Shown: one piece after another, positions 1 to 14,034 of the stretch | How the letters are laid out: each line of letters starts with the position of its first letter | Position numbering within the stretch: the stretch's first letter is position 1 | Origin: Raja brachyura | Lineage: Eukaryota | Reading direction: 5' to 3' | DNA length: 64,000 bases | Assembly: GCA_963514005.1 (NCBI GenBank) | Contig: OY740809.1 | Coordinates: 26,970,001-27,034,000, forward strand | Position numbers and translations under genes: made by a program | The notes under the pieces: generated by a model | Database searches by the model: none | Seen by the model: the letters and a program-made list of their open reading frames with translations, nothing else | Told to the model about the DNA's origin: nothing

Positions 1-716
1 CCAGACTGCAACATTCAAAGAATGAGTTGTGGAGAGGAACAAAACAGATTCCTTTTTATTAGAAAGTACAGAAAAGGCAAGGAATAGTAACCAGCCCTGC
101 ATTTCAAAGTTCTCCATAAGCCTCCTTCCACCTCTCCCCTAGCAAGTCTGGCCTGGTACTCGAGTACTCTAATGCATGCTCCCCGTTCATGCACTATCAG
201 GACAAGGTCGAGATTTTAAAGAATATTGTTAATTAATAATGGCACAGCATGGTAACTCGGGATGATGTGGCGCAAATACAATTCAGAGAAGGAATCATTG
301 CACCAAGGGATTCAATGCGTTTTGACATCGGCTTAAATACCACATCCGGTAGCAGTGCCAAATTTCTTGCTAATATTTCAGATGTACAGGCTTCCAAAAA
401 TATCAGAAGGGCAGCACAGAAAGCATGCATAGTAGCCAGAGCACTTGGAAGACACCAACACTTGTAAATGCTTTAATTCAGTTTTAATATTGCATTTTGT
501 CTGGGCTTTAAGTCCATCCAAAATCAACCAATGCCTGGAGTCACCACTGGAATAAGTTTATTCTATCTGGATAGTTCACCAGGCAGTGGTACTACAGTTT
601 AATCTGCCGTGTCAAAATTAAACTCATTTCTCGGATTTCCATCTCAAACTCCATGCTTAGCAACCTGATTTTCCCCATATTCAAGGTTTATTTTTGGTCT
701 CATGTAGTTTACTTAC

Positions 717-847
717 CTGAGATAACGTGAAGGTGGCTACACTGCTATCATCGTACAATAAAATATTAATGGTGTCCAAGGCCCATGTACTTTCAGCCAG
801 GAGGCCAGATTTAAGGGACATCATCACCCGCCAAGCCTCTGGGGTGC
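717..847 (-). CDS. ARID1A: ARID1A exon 19 (131 nt): [44 protein letters not shown]
   Basis: Invariant Osa/ARID1 homology block; ttcccag|GC and CAG|gtaagt. Confidence 0.97.
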
Positions 848-2253
848 CTGGGAATGGAACAAAGAATGATGCTGAAACCACAATCGGGGAAAGACCTACC
901 ACATGAACACATGTCCAACACATGCATTATACATTATTGCAATATCTCTCCTTCTACATTGTAATACTATGGTCAACATTACTGCTCGAAAGACCGATTT
1001 ATAATTCAAATGTGCAGGAACCAGCTGATCTATCTGATTTCAATCCCAAACTTTGCTGAAAAATCAGACCCCGTTTCTCTGCAGCATGTTTTACTCAGAG
1101 CCTGGATAAGATTGTTCCTTCACCTGGATGTGTGGAAGTGACTACGTTATCATTGAACAGCACAATGCTTATGGCAAAGATACTCAAGATAAAATATTCT
1201 TGTGTTGTGTCTTGTGTCTTCAAGCCCACAGATGCTTCATTTTTCTTGTCTTTGTATCTTCATTGTACAATGCATCATTCCATCTCCATATTAACTCGTG
1301 AATTCTCCGAACTCAGAACAAAAGGTACCTCCCCTTTTCTCCATTTTCTACAAGGTCGAAATCCCATCTGAATATGAACCAACTACTTCTCAAATCGCCC
1401 AGCAGACCATTCCACTCAATAACTTAAAACCTCTTAACAAATGAGATACTAATACTATTTTGTTTGGTCAACTGACAGGATGTGGTATTGGAGGCACCCA
1501 CTTGACCCACTAAACCTGCGCTGGCTCTTTTCCCAGAATCCTTACACCAGACTTGCTCCAGAACTAATTTTTCTTGAAATGTTGAGCATTTGACTGCTAT
1601 GGGAAGCAAAGTAAATTCTAGTAGTCCTGAACTCATTCTCTAACTTCACATCTGGCATTGTGGAGGGTCTAGGGTCAGGCTTGCAGCAGCAGCAGCACTA
1701 AGCCAGATAACCTTAATCAGAATCTGTTGTCCAGATCTACAGCAAATTCCTCAATGGAGGTAGATCAAAGAAAGGATCAGTCACTTGTACCAAAGGTCAT
1801 AGAGCAACATCAATGTCACAGCAACATCAGACTCTAAACATGTGTTAAAATAGCAAAGTTAGTTTATTGCTCGCTCATCTCAAATTTAAAGCATTTTAAG
1901 TGTACAGAAAATATAACTAGAAACAGTGCATCTTTCAAAGATAAATGTGCCACAAATTCAAGCTGACTGGACTACATTTAAAGATACAGCAAACTACTGC
2001 AGTTAACTGCAAACACAGAAGCTTAAACTGAGAATCTTACCCAGAATGAACACAATGGACATATTGAACTGCGCATTTAACCCGTGTCATATCTAATCAA
2101 AGCTCTAATTCCAAAATACCTAAATTCACCTAAATACCTAAATTACAGGGGAAAAAACAAGTTCCATTTTACTTGGACTTAATTTAGTATTAGGAAAGAG
2201 CTCCCAATCTAATTGATCTGAGCAATGACTACTACCATTTTAATATCACTTAC

Positions 2254-3046
2254 CAACATCCTTGGTGGTGAGTCTCCGGCGAGGTTTCAGGGCTGGCTGA
2301 GATGCTTCAACTGAACCAGGAGGGAACGTGATGTCTCGTCTTATCAGTGGTGGCTGCACAGAGGGCCCAGAAATATGAGATGCAGGCATGGGGGGTCCAA
2401 CTTTTTGCATCTTCATTCCTGAATAGATAAATGGCGATTTGCTGGGTGAAGTGCGGTTTTCCAGTGGTCTCTGCATGGGAGCTGGACTGGACACTTGGGA
2501 GATATGATTTGGCACTGACGGAGGAGTTTGGTAGGTAGACTGTGATGGTCTTGTAATTGGTGGTAGAGGTGCAGACGGGGTGAAAGATTGCTGACGCTGG
2601 TTAACATGGGAAGCCCATTGGCCTTCATGGTTCATTCTCTGATCAGGTCCAATCATCTCCTCGGAACGATTCATGCTATGATATGCTGGAGCTTGTGGTG
2701 GAGTACCAGGACCTTGTCGGTTGGGATAGTTGTAAGTCATGTCATTTCGCCCCGGCCACACCGTTCCTTGTGGTCCTTCTGGTGGTGACTGCAATGGACC
2801 TCCCATCATCTGTGGGGGCACTGGCTGTGAAGTGGCTGCGCCAGGGGGACCTTGCATTCTCTCTCTGCCATACTGAAATGGAAACTGATTCTGCACTGGC
2901 CGGCGATCAGTACCTGGATAGGCATTGCTATACTGGTTATACATATCTTGTTGTGATTGCTGGGCAGTGTAGGACATTCCATATATTTCACCCTCATGCC
3001 TCTTGGCCGGAGGCCCATACGTTCCATCCATTTGTCGCTTGAAGTT
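2254..3046 (-). CDS. ARID1A: ARID1A exon 18 (793 nt): [20 protein letters not shown]...[29 protein letters not shown]
   Basis: Lies inside ORF 2246..3064; acceptor tgtcag|AAC, donor TTG|gtaagt; includes the putative NLS-like KR...PPAKRH segment and the conserved FPPGSVEA block. Confidence 0.97.
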
Positions 3047-3995
3047 CTGACAAAAATTATACAAGAGTGTTCAGATATCTTAAATTTCTTACAAATAAAA
3101 TGATTCTAGCAGCATAAAATCTGAACCTTAAAAATAGGCAACTGTGCAATGCAGAGATCATTTAATCTAGTAACTTAATCTTGCTGAAAAGTCACTTCAT
3201 TAACTTTAGGTACATAAGAATCAGCCCAGGAATTTCAGCCCTGAATCCCCTATAATAAAGTAGGCTCTAAAGAAATGAGTGTTCATATTGTTGGAATGTT
3301 TGGCTGTTTTGAAGTTTGGCCTAATTTCCTCTCCTAAATGATTAGTTCACTCCCTCAGCTATGAATAATATCTATTGTGCAAACTGGCAGATTACAACCA
3401 ATTGCTGAACTGCACTGCAAGTAGTTGTGCCCCAATTAAACTTTCTACTGCCCTGTATTTGTAAAATGGGAAAGGTCTCTCAGCCCTAATTATTTCCCTC
3501 CAATTTATATTCCTCAGATCAAGGCACAACAGTTTACTGATTTCAGTCTTGAAATGTGTAACTAATCCACAGCATCAAATTATTTAGGGAAAGCTTTTCA
3601 CACTTCATCATCTTGTGTAAAAAGTGTTTATTCTAACTTTACTAGTGAAAATTATATCCCGTGCGCTATGTTCCCCCACCACTGATTTGGCTGACCTGCA
3701 TTTATGATTTTTAATAGCATCAGATCATCCATCAAATTTAAGGAAATACAAGCTGCAATCTTACAGCATGTCCTCTTAATTCCTGGAGCTTTGGTTAACT
3801 TTCTAAAAAATATATAAATCCTCCTTCGCTAATATATTCTTTAATTGAGCTTTCCACAACAAAAGTCAAGAAACTTTGTGGGCACTACATATGAAGTAAT
3901 ACTTCCTCCCCTTTGGAGAGAAAACTGCAGATGCTGGTTTACAAAACAAGAAATTCAGCAGGTCAGACAGAATCCCTGGAGAACATAGATAAATT

Positions 3996-4542
3996 ACATA
4001 GAAACATAGAAAATAGGTGCAGGAGTAGGCCATTCGGCCCTTCGAGCCTGCACCGCCATTCAATATGATCATGGCTGATCATTCAACTCAGTATCCTGTA
4101 CCTGCCTTCTCTCCATACCCCTGATCCCTTTAGCCACAAGGGCCACATCTAACTCCCTCGTAAATATAGCCAATGAACTGGCCTCAACTACCTTTTGTGG
4201 CAGAGAATTCCAATGACTCACCACTCTGTGTGAAAAATGTTTTCCTCATCTCAGTCGTAAAGGAATTCCCCCTTATCCTTAAACTGTGACCCCTTGTTCT
4301 GGACCTCCCCAACATCGGGAACAATATTCCTGCATCTAGCCTGTCCAACCCCTTAAGTATTTTGTAAGTTTCTATAAGATCCCCCCTCAATCTTCTAAAT
4401 TCTAGCTAGTACAAGCAGAGTCTATCCAGTCTTTCCTCATATGAAAGTCCTGACATCCCAGGAATCAGTCTGGTGAACCTTCTCTGTACCCCCTCTATGG
4501 CAAGAATGTCTTTCCTCAGATTTGGAGACCAAAACTGTACGC
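3996..4542 (-). mobile_element. Young CR1-clade LINE 3' end, inserted into a PLE-derived fold-back element (3921-3990 and 4543-4640)
   Basis: RGDLIETYKILKGLDRLDAGILFP...SRTRGHSLRIRG ORF2 C-terminus; (ACATAGAA)n tail at 3996. Confidence 0.92.
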
Positions 4543-4625
4543 GTTTCGGGTCAGGACTCTTCTTCAGACTGAAGAGTCCAGACCCGAAGCATCACCTTTC
4601 CATGTTTTCCAGGGATGCTGACTAA

Positions 4626-4663
4626 CTTGCTAAGTTACCCTACCCTTGCTAAGTTACCCTACC
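4626..4663. repeat. 19-bp tandem duplication
   Basis: CTTGCTAAGTTACCCTACC x2. Confidence 0.8.
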
Positions 4664-4734
4664 TAAGTCACTGCCTCTCCATTGAGAAATTCCTTTGAGA
4701 TTAACAGTTGATCATTGTTCTTCCTATCTGCGCA

Positions 4735-4975
4735 TAGCTGGTATCAGGCAACGGAACCATCCTATCACCAACTAGAGAGCGGTCCTGATTTCCCGTCTAT
4801 CTATGGACACCTTCAAACTGTCTTTAATCGGACTTTACTGGACTGTATCTTGCTATACCTTTTCTGTCTCTGCACACTGATGGTAATCATGTATAGTCTT
4901 TTTGCTGACTGGACAGCACGTTAAAAAAAAAAATGCATTTCACTGTACCTCGGTACACATAATAATAAACAAAAC
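4735..4975 (+). mobile_element. Rex-like LINE 3' UTR fragment
   Basis: Similar to 14090-14312; ends TTTCACTGTACCTCGGTACAC...AATAAAC. Confidence 0.6.
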
Positions 4976-5049
4976 TAGCATTTAATGCTTTGTAAAACTC
5001 AGCATCTAAATCTACTAATTTCTCCATAACAACTATTTTATTGGAATTT

Positions 5050-5340
5050 AGGTTAGAGATGCAGAATGGAAACAGGCCCGTTGTCCCTTTGAGTCCAGAC
5101 CAACCATCGATTAGCCGTTCACACTAGTTCTATATCATCCCACTTTCTCATCCACACCCTACACACTAGGGTCAATCTACAGAGGCCAATTAACCTACAA
5201 ATCCGCCTTGTCTTTGGGACGTGGGAGGAAACCAGAGCACCGGGAGAAAACCCGCAGTCACAGGGAGAACGTGCAAACTCCACAGACAGGATGGAACCGA
5301 ATCTCTGACGCCGTGAAGTGGTCACTCTGGCAGCTGCACC
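5050..5340 (-). mobile_element. HE1-like V-SINE
   Basis: Minus strand reads CTGTCTGTGGAGTTTGCACGTTCTCCCTGTGACTGCGGGTTTTCTCCCGGTGCTCTGGTTTCCTCCCAC (V-domain), followed by a CR1-like tail. Confidence 0.85.
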
Positions 5341-5861
5341 TTTCCTCTACCCTTAAAATATTCCTATTTGTTTTTCTCATGTTCAACATGGATAATCTCC
5401 ATGCATTTCATCTGATGTAGATCATGCCAAAGTACATAAAGTGATGCAAAGGTATATCAAACTTATTAGATACATTTCACTTCCAGCTCAGTTCAGCAAC
5501 AATGGGTTAACTAATGGCTAAGAGTTTTTATGAAAGTCTGATTACATCAGTACAGATGGCTGTGTGTGTATCAGGAGATATTCAGGGAGGATTAGCCCGA
5601 CGAATGTAGATTAGATTTCCACTGTTCTATTTTGCTAATAACCATTAAGCGACATACAAACCTGTTATGTAAGCACTGGAACCAAGTACATCTGAAGATG
5701 ACCAACTACAGCATACTACTGGTATCAACTGCTTCAACAAATGACAACATTTTAAAATAGGAGCTATTTGATTGAGGCTGACCAGACTAACATGTCCTTC
5801 TGTTTTTTTATGTCAGAATTCCATGCATAATTTAATCAGCCCAAAAGACCAGGGTACTTAC

Positions 5862-5955
5862 TTGCTGTTGCGGAAACATTCCAGGTTGCTGGTTAGAATA
5901 AGACTGTCCAGCTGGAGCTCCCTGTCCAGAGTACTGACTTCCATAAGGATCATGC
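5862..5955 (-). CDS. ARID1A: ARID1A exon 17 (94 nt): RHDPYGSQYSGQGAPAGQSYSNQQPGMFPQQQ
   Basis: Acceptor aaccag|GC, donor CAA|gtaagt; phase 2 to 0 fits both neighbours. Confidence 0.9.
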
Positions 5956-6517
5956 CTGGTTTTATGGTTTGTGGAAAGGCAAGAGTAAAATCAAAATTAG
6001 TAGCTGTAGCCACAACACTGACAAAATAACTCCCACTGGAGTTTTCTACTTGAAATGTTAACTCTTGGTAGGAAGTATTGAGCAGACCCATCTAGTGATA
6101 ATTGGCCTGCTGGGAGAGAACTGCAAGTTAGGAAAAGACTGTCAACCATTAATATTTCTGATCCTTTTACATGCAGTAATTTCCAGACTTAAAAGGATTG
6201 TGTTTCTGTTGAGCACTACCCTGGCCCTAATGCATTTCTACAGCTGATTGACAAGGAAATCTAAATTGGCCCTTAACCAATGGCTCACAGTTTGACAAAA
6301 ATACCACCCTGGGCTCAGTAATCAAAAGCAGAATTAAAGAAATAACATATTATGCTATCTAAAAATTGCTGGCTCATCTTCGTCTTTGACCTACGCAAAT
6401 CATCTACAACACTTAACATTCAGCAGAGATTTCTGATTAAAAGGTACGACATTCTGAATGTAGCATGCGCAAAAAACATTCCACTTTTAAGAAACAACTT
6501 AAGCATTCCACACTTAC

Positions 6518-6622
6518 CGCTGCTGGGCTTGGTAACGATTTGGAGAATACATGCTGGAATCTGCATTGACTGACACCACACTAGGTTGTACTGTCCCCTC
6601 TGGACCCATCCCATGTTCTGAC
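6518..6622 (-). CDS. ARID1A: ARID1A exon 16 (105 nt): RSEHGMGPEGTVQPSVVSVNADSSMYSPNRYQAQQ
   Basis: Acceptor acttag|GT, donor GCG|gtaagt; conserved GPEG and DS-MYSP-RY. Confidence 0.9.
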
Positions 6623-7521
6623 CTAAGTAAATAAAGTTGAAGGGAAGCACAAGATTAAAATTTGGGCTGGTGGTTGAGAGGGCAGGTTAGAAACATTCTA
6701 GATACAACATTCCACCATCAACTGACAAGAATTGGAACCTAAAGAATAATGACACTCTGGGGATAAATTTTGCAAAATCAATGTCTGCTGCAGGAGACAA
6801 TTCAAGATTCATCTTACTCAGTGCTTTAGCCTTTGGTTTCTGTAATACATTTGTGATTTAAGACTTAAAAGAATACATGGTAGAGAAAATTGCATACAAG
6901 ATAAAATATTGGCTGTGCGAATTACAGTGGAAGAAAGCTTCAGGCTGCGGGAAGAGAGAAAGTGTCCCATTTGTTGGACAGAAAAGTAGAATAAGGAATT
7001 TAGTCCCAATGCGAGGTAAACATTTGGGAAGAACAAAAAGTCTTGGGAATATACGATAAATAAGATTACATTAAGTAATTACATACAGAAACGGGGACCT
7101 TGAAATGCGAGTCTACAGATTCTCAAAGAAAGCAGGATAGGTCAATATGGTAGTTAAAAACATTCTGGATGCATTACTTTCATAGGCATGACAAGAGTCA
7201 TGCAAGAATGGGATGCATATGCTACAACTTTGCGAGTGAAAACATGCAAATTAATGAGGATATTTTCAGGAGTGGAAAAATACAGCAATAAAAAAAAGTG
7301 CAAACACACTACAGTTGATTTGCTCGTAACCGAATAGACACTCAAATGATTTATAAAAATTATGAACATTTTATTTAACAGAATGGCCTAATCAAAATAT
7401 ATTGGATGCAATCCTTTATTAGCCATGGCAAAGTACTTATAATAAATTAGTTCAACGTCATAAATTAAGTGTAACTTTGGTTACCATTTAGCAATTAACA
7501 GTTAACCCCAGAGGAAGTTAT

Positions 7522-7915
7522 GGAGTCAAGAGTCTTAGAGCTCTACAGCATGGAAACAATACCTTTGGTCTACCTCGTTTGTCCATGCCGATCAAGTTGG
7601 CATGCTGAGATTGTCTCATTTCTCTACATTTGGCCCATAGCCGTCTAAATCTATCCTATCCGCATTTGTCTAAATGTCTTTTAAAAGTCATAATTGTATC
7701 TGCTTTTATAGTTTCTTTTGGTAGCTCATTTCAGATACAGACTATCCTGAATGGAAAAAGTTGCAGAGATCTCTCTTATAACTCTCCCCTCTCACTAAAA
7801 CTGTCCCCTCTAGTTTTAGAATCCTCTACCCTGAGGGGAAAAGACTGAGTATTCACTTTATTCATAACCCTCATGAATCCTCCATAAGGTCACCCCTCAG
7901 AATCCTACACTCCAA
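7522..7915 (-). mobile_element. CR1 LINE 3' fragment, degenerate
   Basis: TACAGCATGGAAACA...GTCCCCTCTAGTTTTAGA...ATAAGGTCACCCCTCAG (RGDL/TRG motifs on the minus strand). Confidence 0.75.
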
Positions 7916-7952
7916 GCAAAGTATGTTAGTGTTTGTTACTCCAAACATTTAC

Positions 7953-8085
7953 CTCCTTTCAAATCCAGATCCATATGCATACTGCTGACGTGGCCCCATT
8001 CCTGTTGCAGGAGGGCGATTGTAAGGGTCTCCCATTCCAGCATTGGGAGAGGGTCCAGTTGACATGAAAGGATCTTGTCCAGGAG
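7953..8085 (-). CDS. ARID1A: ARID1A exon 15 (133 nt): [44 protein letters not shown]
   Basis: Acceptor cctacag|CT, donor GAG|gtaaat; similar to human APGSDPFMS...GMGDPY...MGPRQ. Confidence 0.92.
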
Positions 8086-10147
8086 CTGTAGGCAGAAAGA
8101 TACATTACAAAGAAGAGGGAATCAGCTGGCTCTGAAGGTCAAAAAGATCATGGCTGATCTGTCTTAACTCTACCTTCCTGCACTATTCTCCATAACCCAG
8201 CTTCTGAAAATAAATATACTCAATTAATCATCCAGACGATTCCAAAGAATTTTGTCCCCAAAATAGTAATACTCGGGAGTCTTCATTTCGGGTCTGGTGA
8301 TCCTAATTTTTAGATTTTCTATCGAGGAGTCCAAAATTGGGGGGCAGAGTCTCAGAATACGTATTAAGCTATATAGAACTGAAATTGAGAAAATGTATTA
8401 TTAGATCAGTCGGCTGGAAGGTTTCTCAGTTTTATTTATTGACGGCACATTATTTTACCTAGTTAGGACAAAGCTCTAAACTGCAATAATAGTATAGTGG
8501 CACTAGAGTTCGTCGGGTATAGATAAACAGTAACGCAATAAAAGGACAGACGATGGTTACAGGGGAGAGAAAGTTGTTGTAAGGCCCATGGAAATCCAGA
8601 GAATGCAGCTGTTCTGCTGGGATGGGCTGAATGGCTCTCTTTTGCATCTCAAAAAGTAACTTCATCAGGTTAGCTTTTCTTTGTAGGTACACTTGATGCT
8701 GATCCTGACACACGCTAACTTTCAAACTTGGGTTGATCTATGCCGAATTAAAAGTAATGTTCTAGTGAGGGGGCATGCCATGTACTACAGATTATGATAC
8801 GATTGAAATTTGCTACAGGAACAGACCACAACATTGCATGGATCCCCAGTTTTGAGATGCTAGGTTGCCTAAATGTATCCTATTTAGACAATGGTAGTGA
8901 TGCCAAGCAGCGCAGGATGCTCTTGGTGCAAGGACAGGATTTTGTGGCAGCCACAAGCATCACAATAGTCATGGACTAATATTAACTTACAGGATAGTTG
9001 AGATAAGTCTGTTAAGATGACATTATGGGAGGTGGGGGAAAAAAAAAACCCAGAGCTCCGGGTGGCATTCCACACAGTCATGGGAAAAACTCCCAGGCAT
9101 TCACCCGAGGTCAGGATCAAACTTGGGGCCATGCGACAGAAGTATTAACCATTTTATCATATTATATTTTCCCTTTCATCGGTTTTTCAGTTGTCCTTTG
9201 CAAAATTGTTTAAATTTGTTAAAATTGTTTAAACACATTTTTTTTTAAACCTCCAAGGAGACAATGCCGAACTAGCCTGTGTCAAATGGTGAGCTAATGC
9301 CCATTGCGAAATACCGATTTCACCTCACATCTTCACCCATGTACATATCCTGTCATACAGCTGATGTTAATGTCAAACAGCAATCATAATGTTTAATTTC
9401 AGTAGTTGAACCAGTTGCAGAACAAGTAGTGGAGTATATTACTGGGGTAGTTCCATATTCACAGGAGTTTTGTGCAGAGGATGATCATTGCAAATTCAAG
9501 GACTAGACTGTGATCTAGAAATAGGCTGATGATGGGTCTGAAAATTGTAGGATTTCTTCTGAAAACTAGCATTTATATGTTGTAAGGACCAAAACAAGAA
9601 CACAGCAACTTCACTTAGACTGCAATCCACTGTTTATTTTAAAGCCAACTGGATGGTTAGAGTTTTAAGATGAACAAAGCATTACCATAGACCTTAATCT
9701 TGCTTTAGGTGATGTAATATACTAATGACAATACAATACTAAGACATCTCTCTGTACAACTGCAAATATGGTTTACTCAGTCTGCATGAAAATTAAAGTC
9801 TCTTGTGGTTACTTGGACTTCGACATTGACCTGTCCTATCCTAATTAGTTTTCTGACACAAAACGACTGTTGGGGCCTCTACTGTAAGTTCACTTCTATT
9901 TCCTCTCCCTTGTTTCCTAATTCCATCAAGACCAAAATAGATTGTACACCTTGATTTTTAAGCTATGAATTTGAGCACGACAGATGAAAATACAACTACA
10001 ACCTGCAAGATCACGATTTACCAGACATTACAAGATTAATACCTCTGAGATAGTGGCAAAAAGATGTTCAACCTGTAAACCAAGTTCATTGGTCATTTCA
10101 TAAAATGTTTCTATTTTAGGAAATTAATCTTAAAACATTACTCCTAC

Positions 10148-10320
10148 CTTTCCTCATCCCACCAAATGGATCCTTGTTCGGTTCATATGGCATACGAACC
10201 ATTAGGTCTGTGGTATTCATGCTGGGGGGGTAGGTTGGGTTTTGAGAAACAGCGGTCCTCTTTTGGAAAGCCGGGTCACTGGTGTCTGCAAATGGATCCT
10301 GGACACTCACAGAGTTGTTT
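10148..10320 (-). CDS. ARID1A: ARID1A exon 14 (173 nt): [11 protein letters not shown]...[16 protein letters not shown]
   Basis: Acceptor attcag|AA, donor AAG|gtagga. Confidence 0.94.
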
Positions 10321-10585
10321 CTGAATGTTAACAAAACACAAATTAGATAAACACAGATCTTTTATAATTTGTTCATTTTTTTCCAAACAGCAACTGACAG
10401 ATGACTTTAGTTAATATTGGATAGTAATGTGGGATAATGGGAAAAGCAACCAGTTTAACTGGACGGTCACACCCTCCTTGCCATTGGGCCATCTATCAAT
10501 CAAATCCGCTAACTACACTTGGCGCTAGTGCATCGCTGCATCATAAAAGCAGTTTGTAGTTTGCTCTTTCCTCCGAGTTGCCGGC

Positions 10586-10680
10586 TCTGAAGAAAGGTCT
10601 CGACCCAAAATGTCACCCATTCCTTCTCACCAGAGATACTGCCTTTCCCGCTGAGTTACTCCAGCTTTCTGTGTCTATCT
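10586..10680 (+). mobile_element. PLE terminal-repeat fragment with decayed hammerhead motif
   Basis: CTGAAGAAAGGTCTCGACCCAAAATGTCACCCATTCC...GCTGAGTTACTCCAGC. Confidence 0.75.
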
Positions 10681-10845
10681 CACTCTATCAACCTTTGCTT
10701 TGGGAAATGATGAAGTGAAGTAAACACAACTCCATCACTATTGCAGTTGCCCACAGTCAACAATTTCAAGAAACGTGAATGCATCGTGATTTTCAATCAG
10801 GTTGTTCAACATGAACTGGTACCCGTACATGACCATCTTATTTAC

Positions 10846-10978
10846 CTGGATCCTGGCATTGGCTGCATATGGCTATGGGGTGTTGAGACGGGCGTTGGTG
10901 GTTTTAAATCTCCTCCTTCTGCCATTGAGCTGCTGGTGGACTGTGGGGTCTGAGGGCCCTGCAGTGAACCTGAACCAG
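10846..10978 (-). CDS. ARID1A: ARID1A exon 13 (133 nt): [44 protein letters not shown]
   Basis: Acceptor attgcag|CT, donor CAG|gtaaat. Confidence 0.95.
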
Positions 10979-13077
10979 CTGCAATAAAAAAGATCACATA
11001 TTAGCATCAAACGGGGGAGTCAATGACTCAGGAAGAATGTAAAACTATGACAAAATTGTGTGAACTGACAAGAGGAAAAGGCTGAGAAAACAGGGGTGAA
11101 GGAGGACAGGACAGGAGGGGACTGAAGAAAAAGGTTAAGGGAGAATAAGTGGGTGATCAGTGAGTGGGGAGGCAAGGCGAGCAGAAGGAATAGACTGGAG
11201 GAGTTTGGACTCAGATAAATGTGGAGGGTTCAAAAGGTCAGGGGCTGGGGAATGTGGACCCAGAGATTTTTGTATGGGGTGGATTGTGGAGAAAGAAAAC
11301 GGAAATAACAAAAAGGAGAGAAGAGGCCAGAGGGGCGAGTGGTGGATGCAGGGAGCAAAGATCCAGGCAGGGTATGCAATAGAGGGAACAATGGGCAATT
11401 TGTTGTGGCAGGACCTCTTTTGTGAGAGACTGGGCCTGTCACTTTGCCGGGAGGTGTGCATTGTGTTGTCAAAAGAAGTGGCATACGATCTGGAGTTAAC
11501 AATCTAACCTATTCCTCAGATCTGGAAGACATGAACTCAGACAAATATAATTCAATATGGAAAATACTCAAAAATCATATACAGGCATATTTAAATAGTG
11601 TGTTCAGATACAATTCATTTGAAGGACAATCAATGAAAGCAGTAACGACGGTGTTGATCATTATTCTCATGCATTCTTCTGTTCATACAAGATCATTGTG
11701 ACATGTCATAGATGGTGCTGCTCAGATACAGACGTCTATGATTGGTGTACAATACTGTGCTCATAATCAAGTGCTCTCAGGTACTACAATAGTCTTGATG
11801 ATTCACGCTGCTGTTCATTAAATGTGAGCAGGGAAGATCAACAGAAGGTTAGCCTTATTTACACCCAGCTCTGTTTCACCTTTTCACCCTGCTCAGTCAG
11901 GGGATTCCCCTCCTGCTTAGTGACTTGTCACTGCCTTAAGAATGCAGTTGGGCTCCCCTTACTGTGCAATATGGGAATTAGGTTACACTGCAGTCAGGCG
12001 ACTGAACTCTGCTTCATTCAGTTTCTAAACACGCTTCCCATTCATCAACTCTCGGGTATCTCCAGGGAATCTGGGATGGCAACATGCAAAGCAGTCAGCT
12101 GGAATGTCACATGAGCTGCTGGGCAAGGCTGACATTCTTGGAATTCCTTCCTTTTCCCCCATACAATCCTGTGCAGTGATCGCAAGGATAATGCCCATGT
12201 AAGGACAGACTTCAGACTCAAATCATGGACTCAATCACCCAGAATGGATAACAAAATTAAGTGTACAAGGAAACACCGTTTACTATAATACTCTCCCAGA
12301 TCTAATGGCATTTATTTAAAATGGCAGGGAGAGGTGGGCAGTATAGAACAACAGGCAGGAATGCTGAGTCTCTTGTATGTAACTGCAGCTGCACTACACC
12401 AAAATTCCTCAGCCGCAGCATCAGTCATTCAGATATTAACTATTTTTCTCTGTTCAAATGCTGACCAGCTGAATATTTCCAATATTTTGTTTTTATATAT
12501 AGCAACATACTGCATACCTTTCCTTCCAAACCAAGTAGGATAATCTTATCAGGCAACATATAACAATGGGTCTCATGACCCAGATACTGGAATTCAAGCG
12601 CTATATTTTAAGAGGCGAAGAAACACTTGGGCACCCATTTAAAATGATTTGCCAGCACTACAATGAAAGGCAGTTTGAAACAGAAAGGACTGATAAAGTC
12701 AATGCATATGGAAATGTATAATTTAGAATAAGCTATCAGGAAAATTGGAGCAAAGATTAGTGTAAACATACGTGGCCAAAGGGGTAAATAAATGCAACTC
12801 CAACGCCCCTTCACTGCACTTTATTTCTGACATCTCAATAAACTGCAAAGTCACAATGCATACTTTCTTCTGCTAAATTAACTTTAGCTACAATTGCTTT
12901 TCAGATGATTAGTTGCATGTCTGATACACTGAAATCTCTCAACAGTTTGGAAAACAAATGACAGGATTCTTCATAATGTCATGATTAACCTCCTTTCACA
13001 TTGCATTCCTTACTAATGATGTCATTAATTCACCTTGTAAAATAACATCTTACTCCACCAAAATGGAGTTAATCAAT

Positions 13078-13271
13078 AGGAAAGAACTGCAGATGCTGGT
13101 TTAAATCGAAGGAAGACACAAAATGCTGGAGTGACTCAGCAGGACAGGCAGCATCTCTGGAGAGAAGGAATGGGCGGCGTTTCAGATTGAGATACATTTC
13201 TGTACCGCATCATGCATTCCTTCTCTTGAGAGATGCTGCCTGTCCCGCTGAGTTACATTTTGTGTCTACCT
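13078..13271. mobile_element. Older fold-back PLE-derived insertion
   Basis: AAAGAACTGCAGATGCTGG... with imperfect inverted arms; TSD TGGAGTTAAT(C/G)AAT starting at 13064 and 13272. Confidence 0.8.
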
Positions 13272-13366
13272 TGGAGTTAATGAATGGCATGTAGGTAAAG
13301 TAATGTAATATCTTTTAATTTCCCCATTCCATCTACTAGCAGCTACAGAGTAAACCTGAATTATCA

Positions 13367-13759
<393 letters not shown>

Positions 13760-14034
13760 TCAGAAAAAATCCCCTTTTCCACTCATCACCCAACCCCATC
13801 TTTTCTGCTACCTCAACTAACGATCCCTTTGTCAACACTGAAGATGCTGCCTGACCTGCTCAGTTTTTTCAGCCGTTTGTTTTTAATTCAGATTTTCAGC
13901 ATCACTTTTGGATTTTAATCTGAGTTTTTGATTTGCAGTTGGGTAATAATCAACTGTAGTTGAAAAACATTACAGCAACACCATTCCAATGCCCAGAATA
14001 CACATAAATGCATGCATCACAATTTAACCATCAG

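Noticed and set aside
1-716. Start of terminal exon 20
   Set aside because: No LPG.LELLVEYF-like frame found; the exon must lie outside the window.
3540-3615. C/D-box snoRNA candidate on the minus strand (ATGATGA...CTGA)
   Set aside because: No terminal stem and no recognisable guide; lies in decayed LINE-like sequence.
4535-4570. Sense-strand hammerhead CUGAAGA...GAAACGCGUA
   Set aside because: The 3' part is a chance junction with the CR1 insertion; stem II has a mismatch and stem I cannot form.
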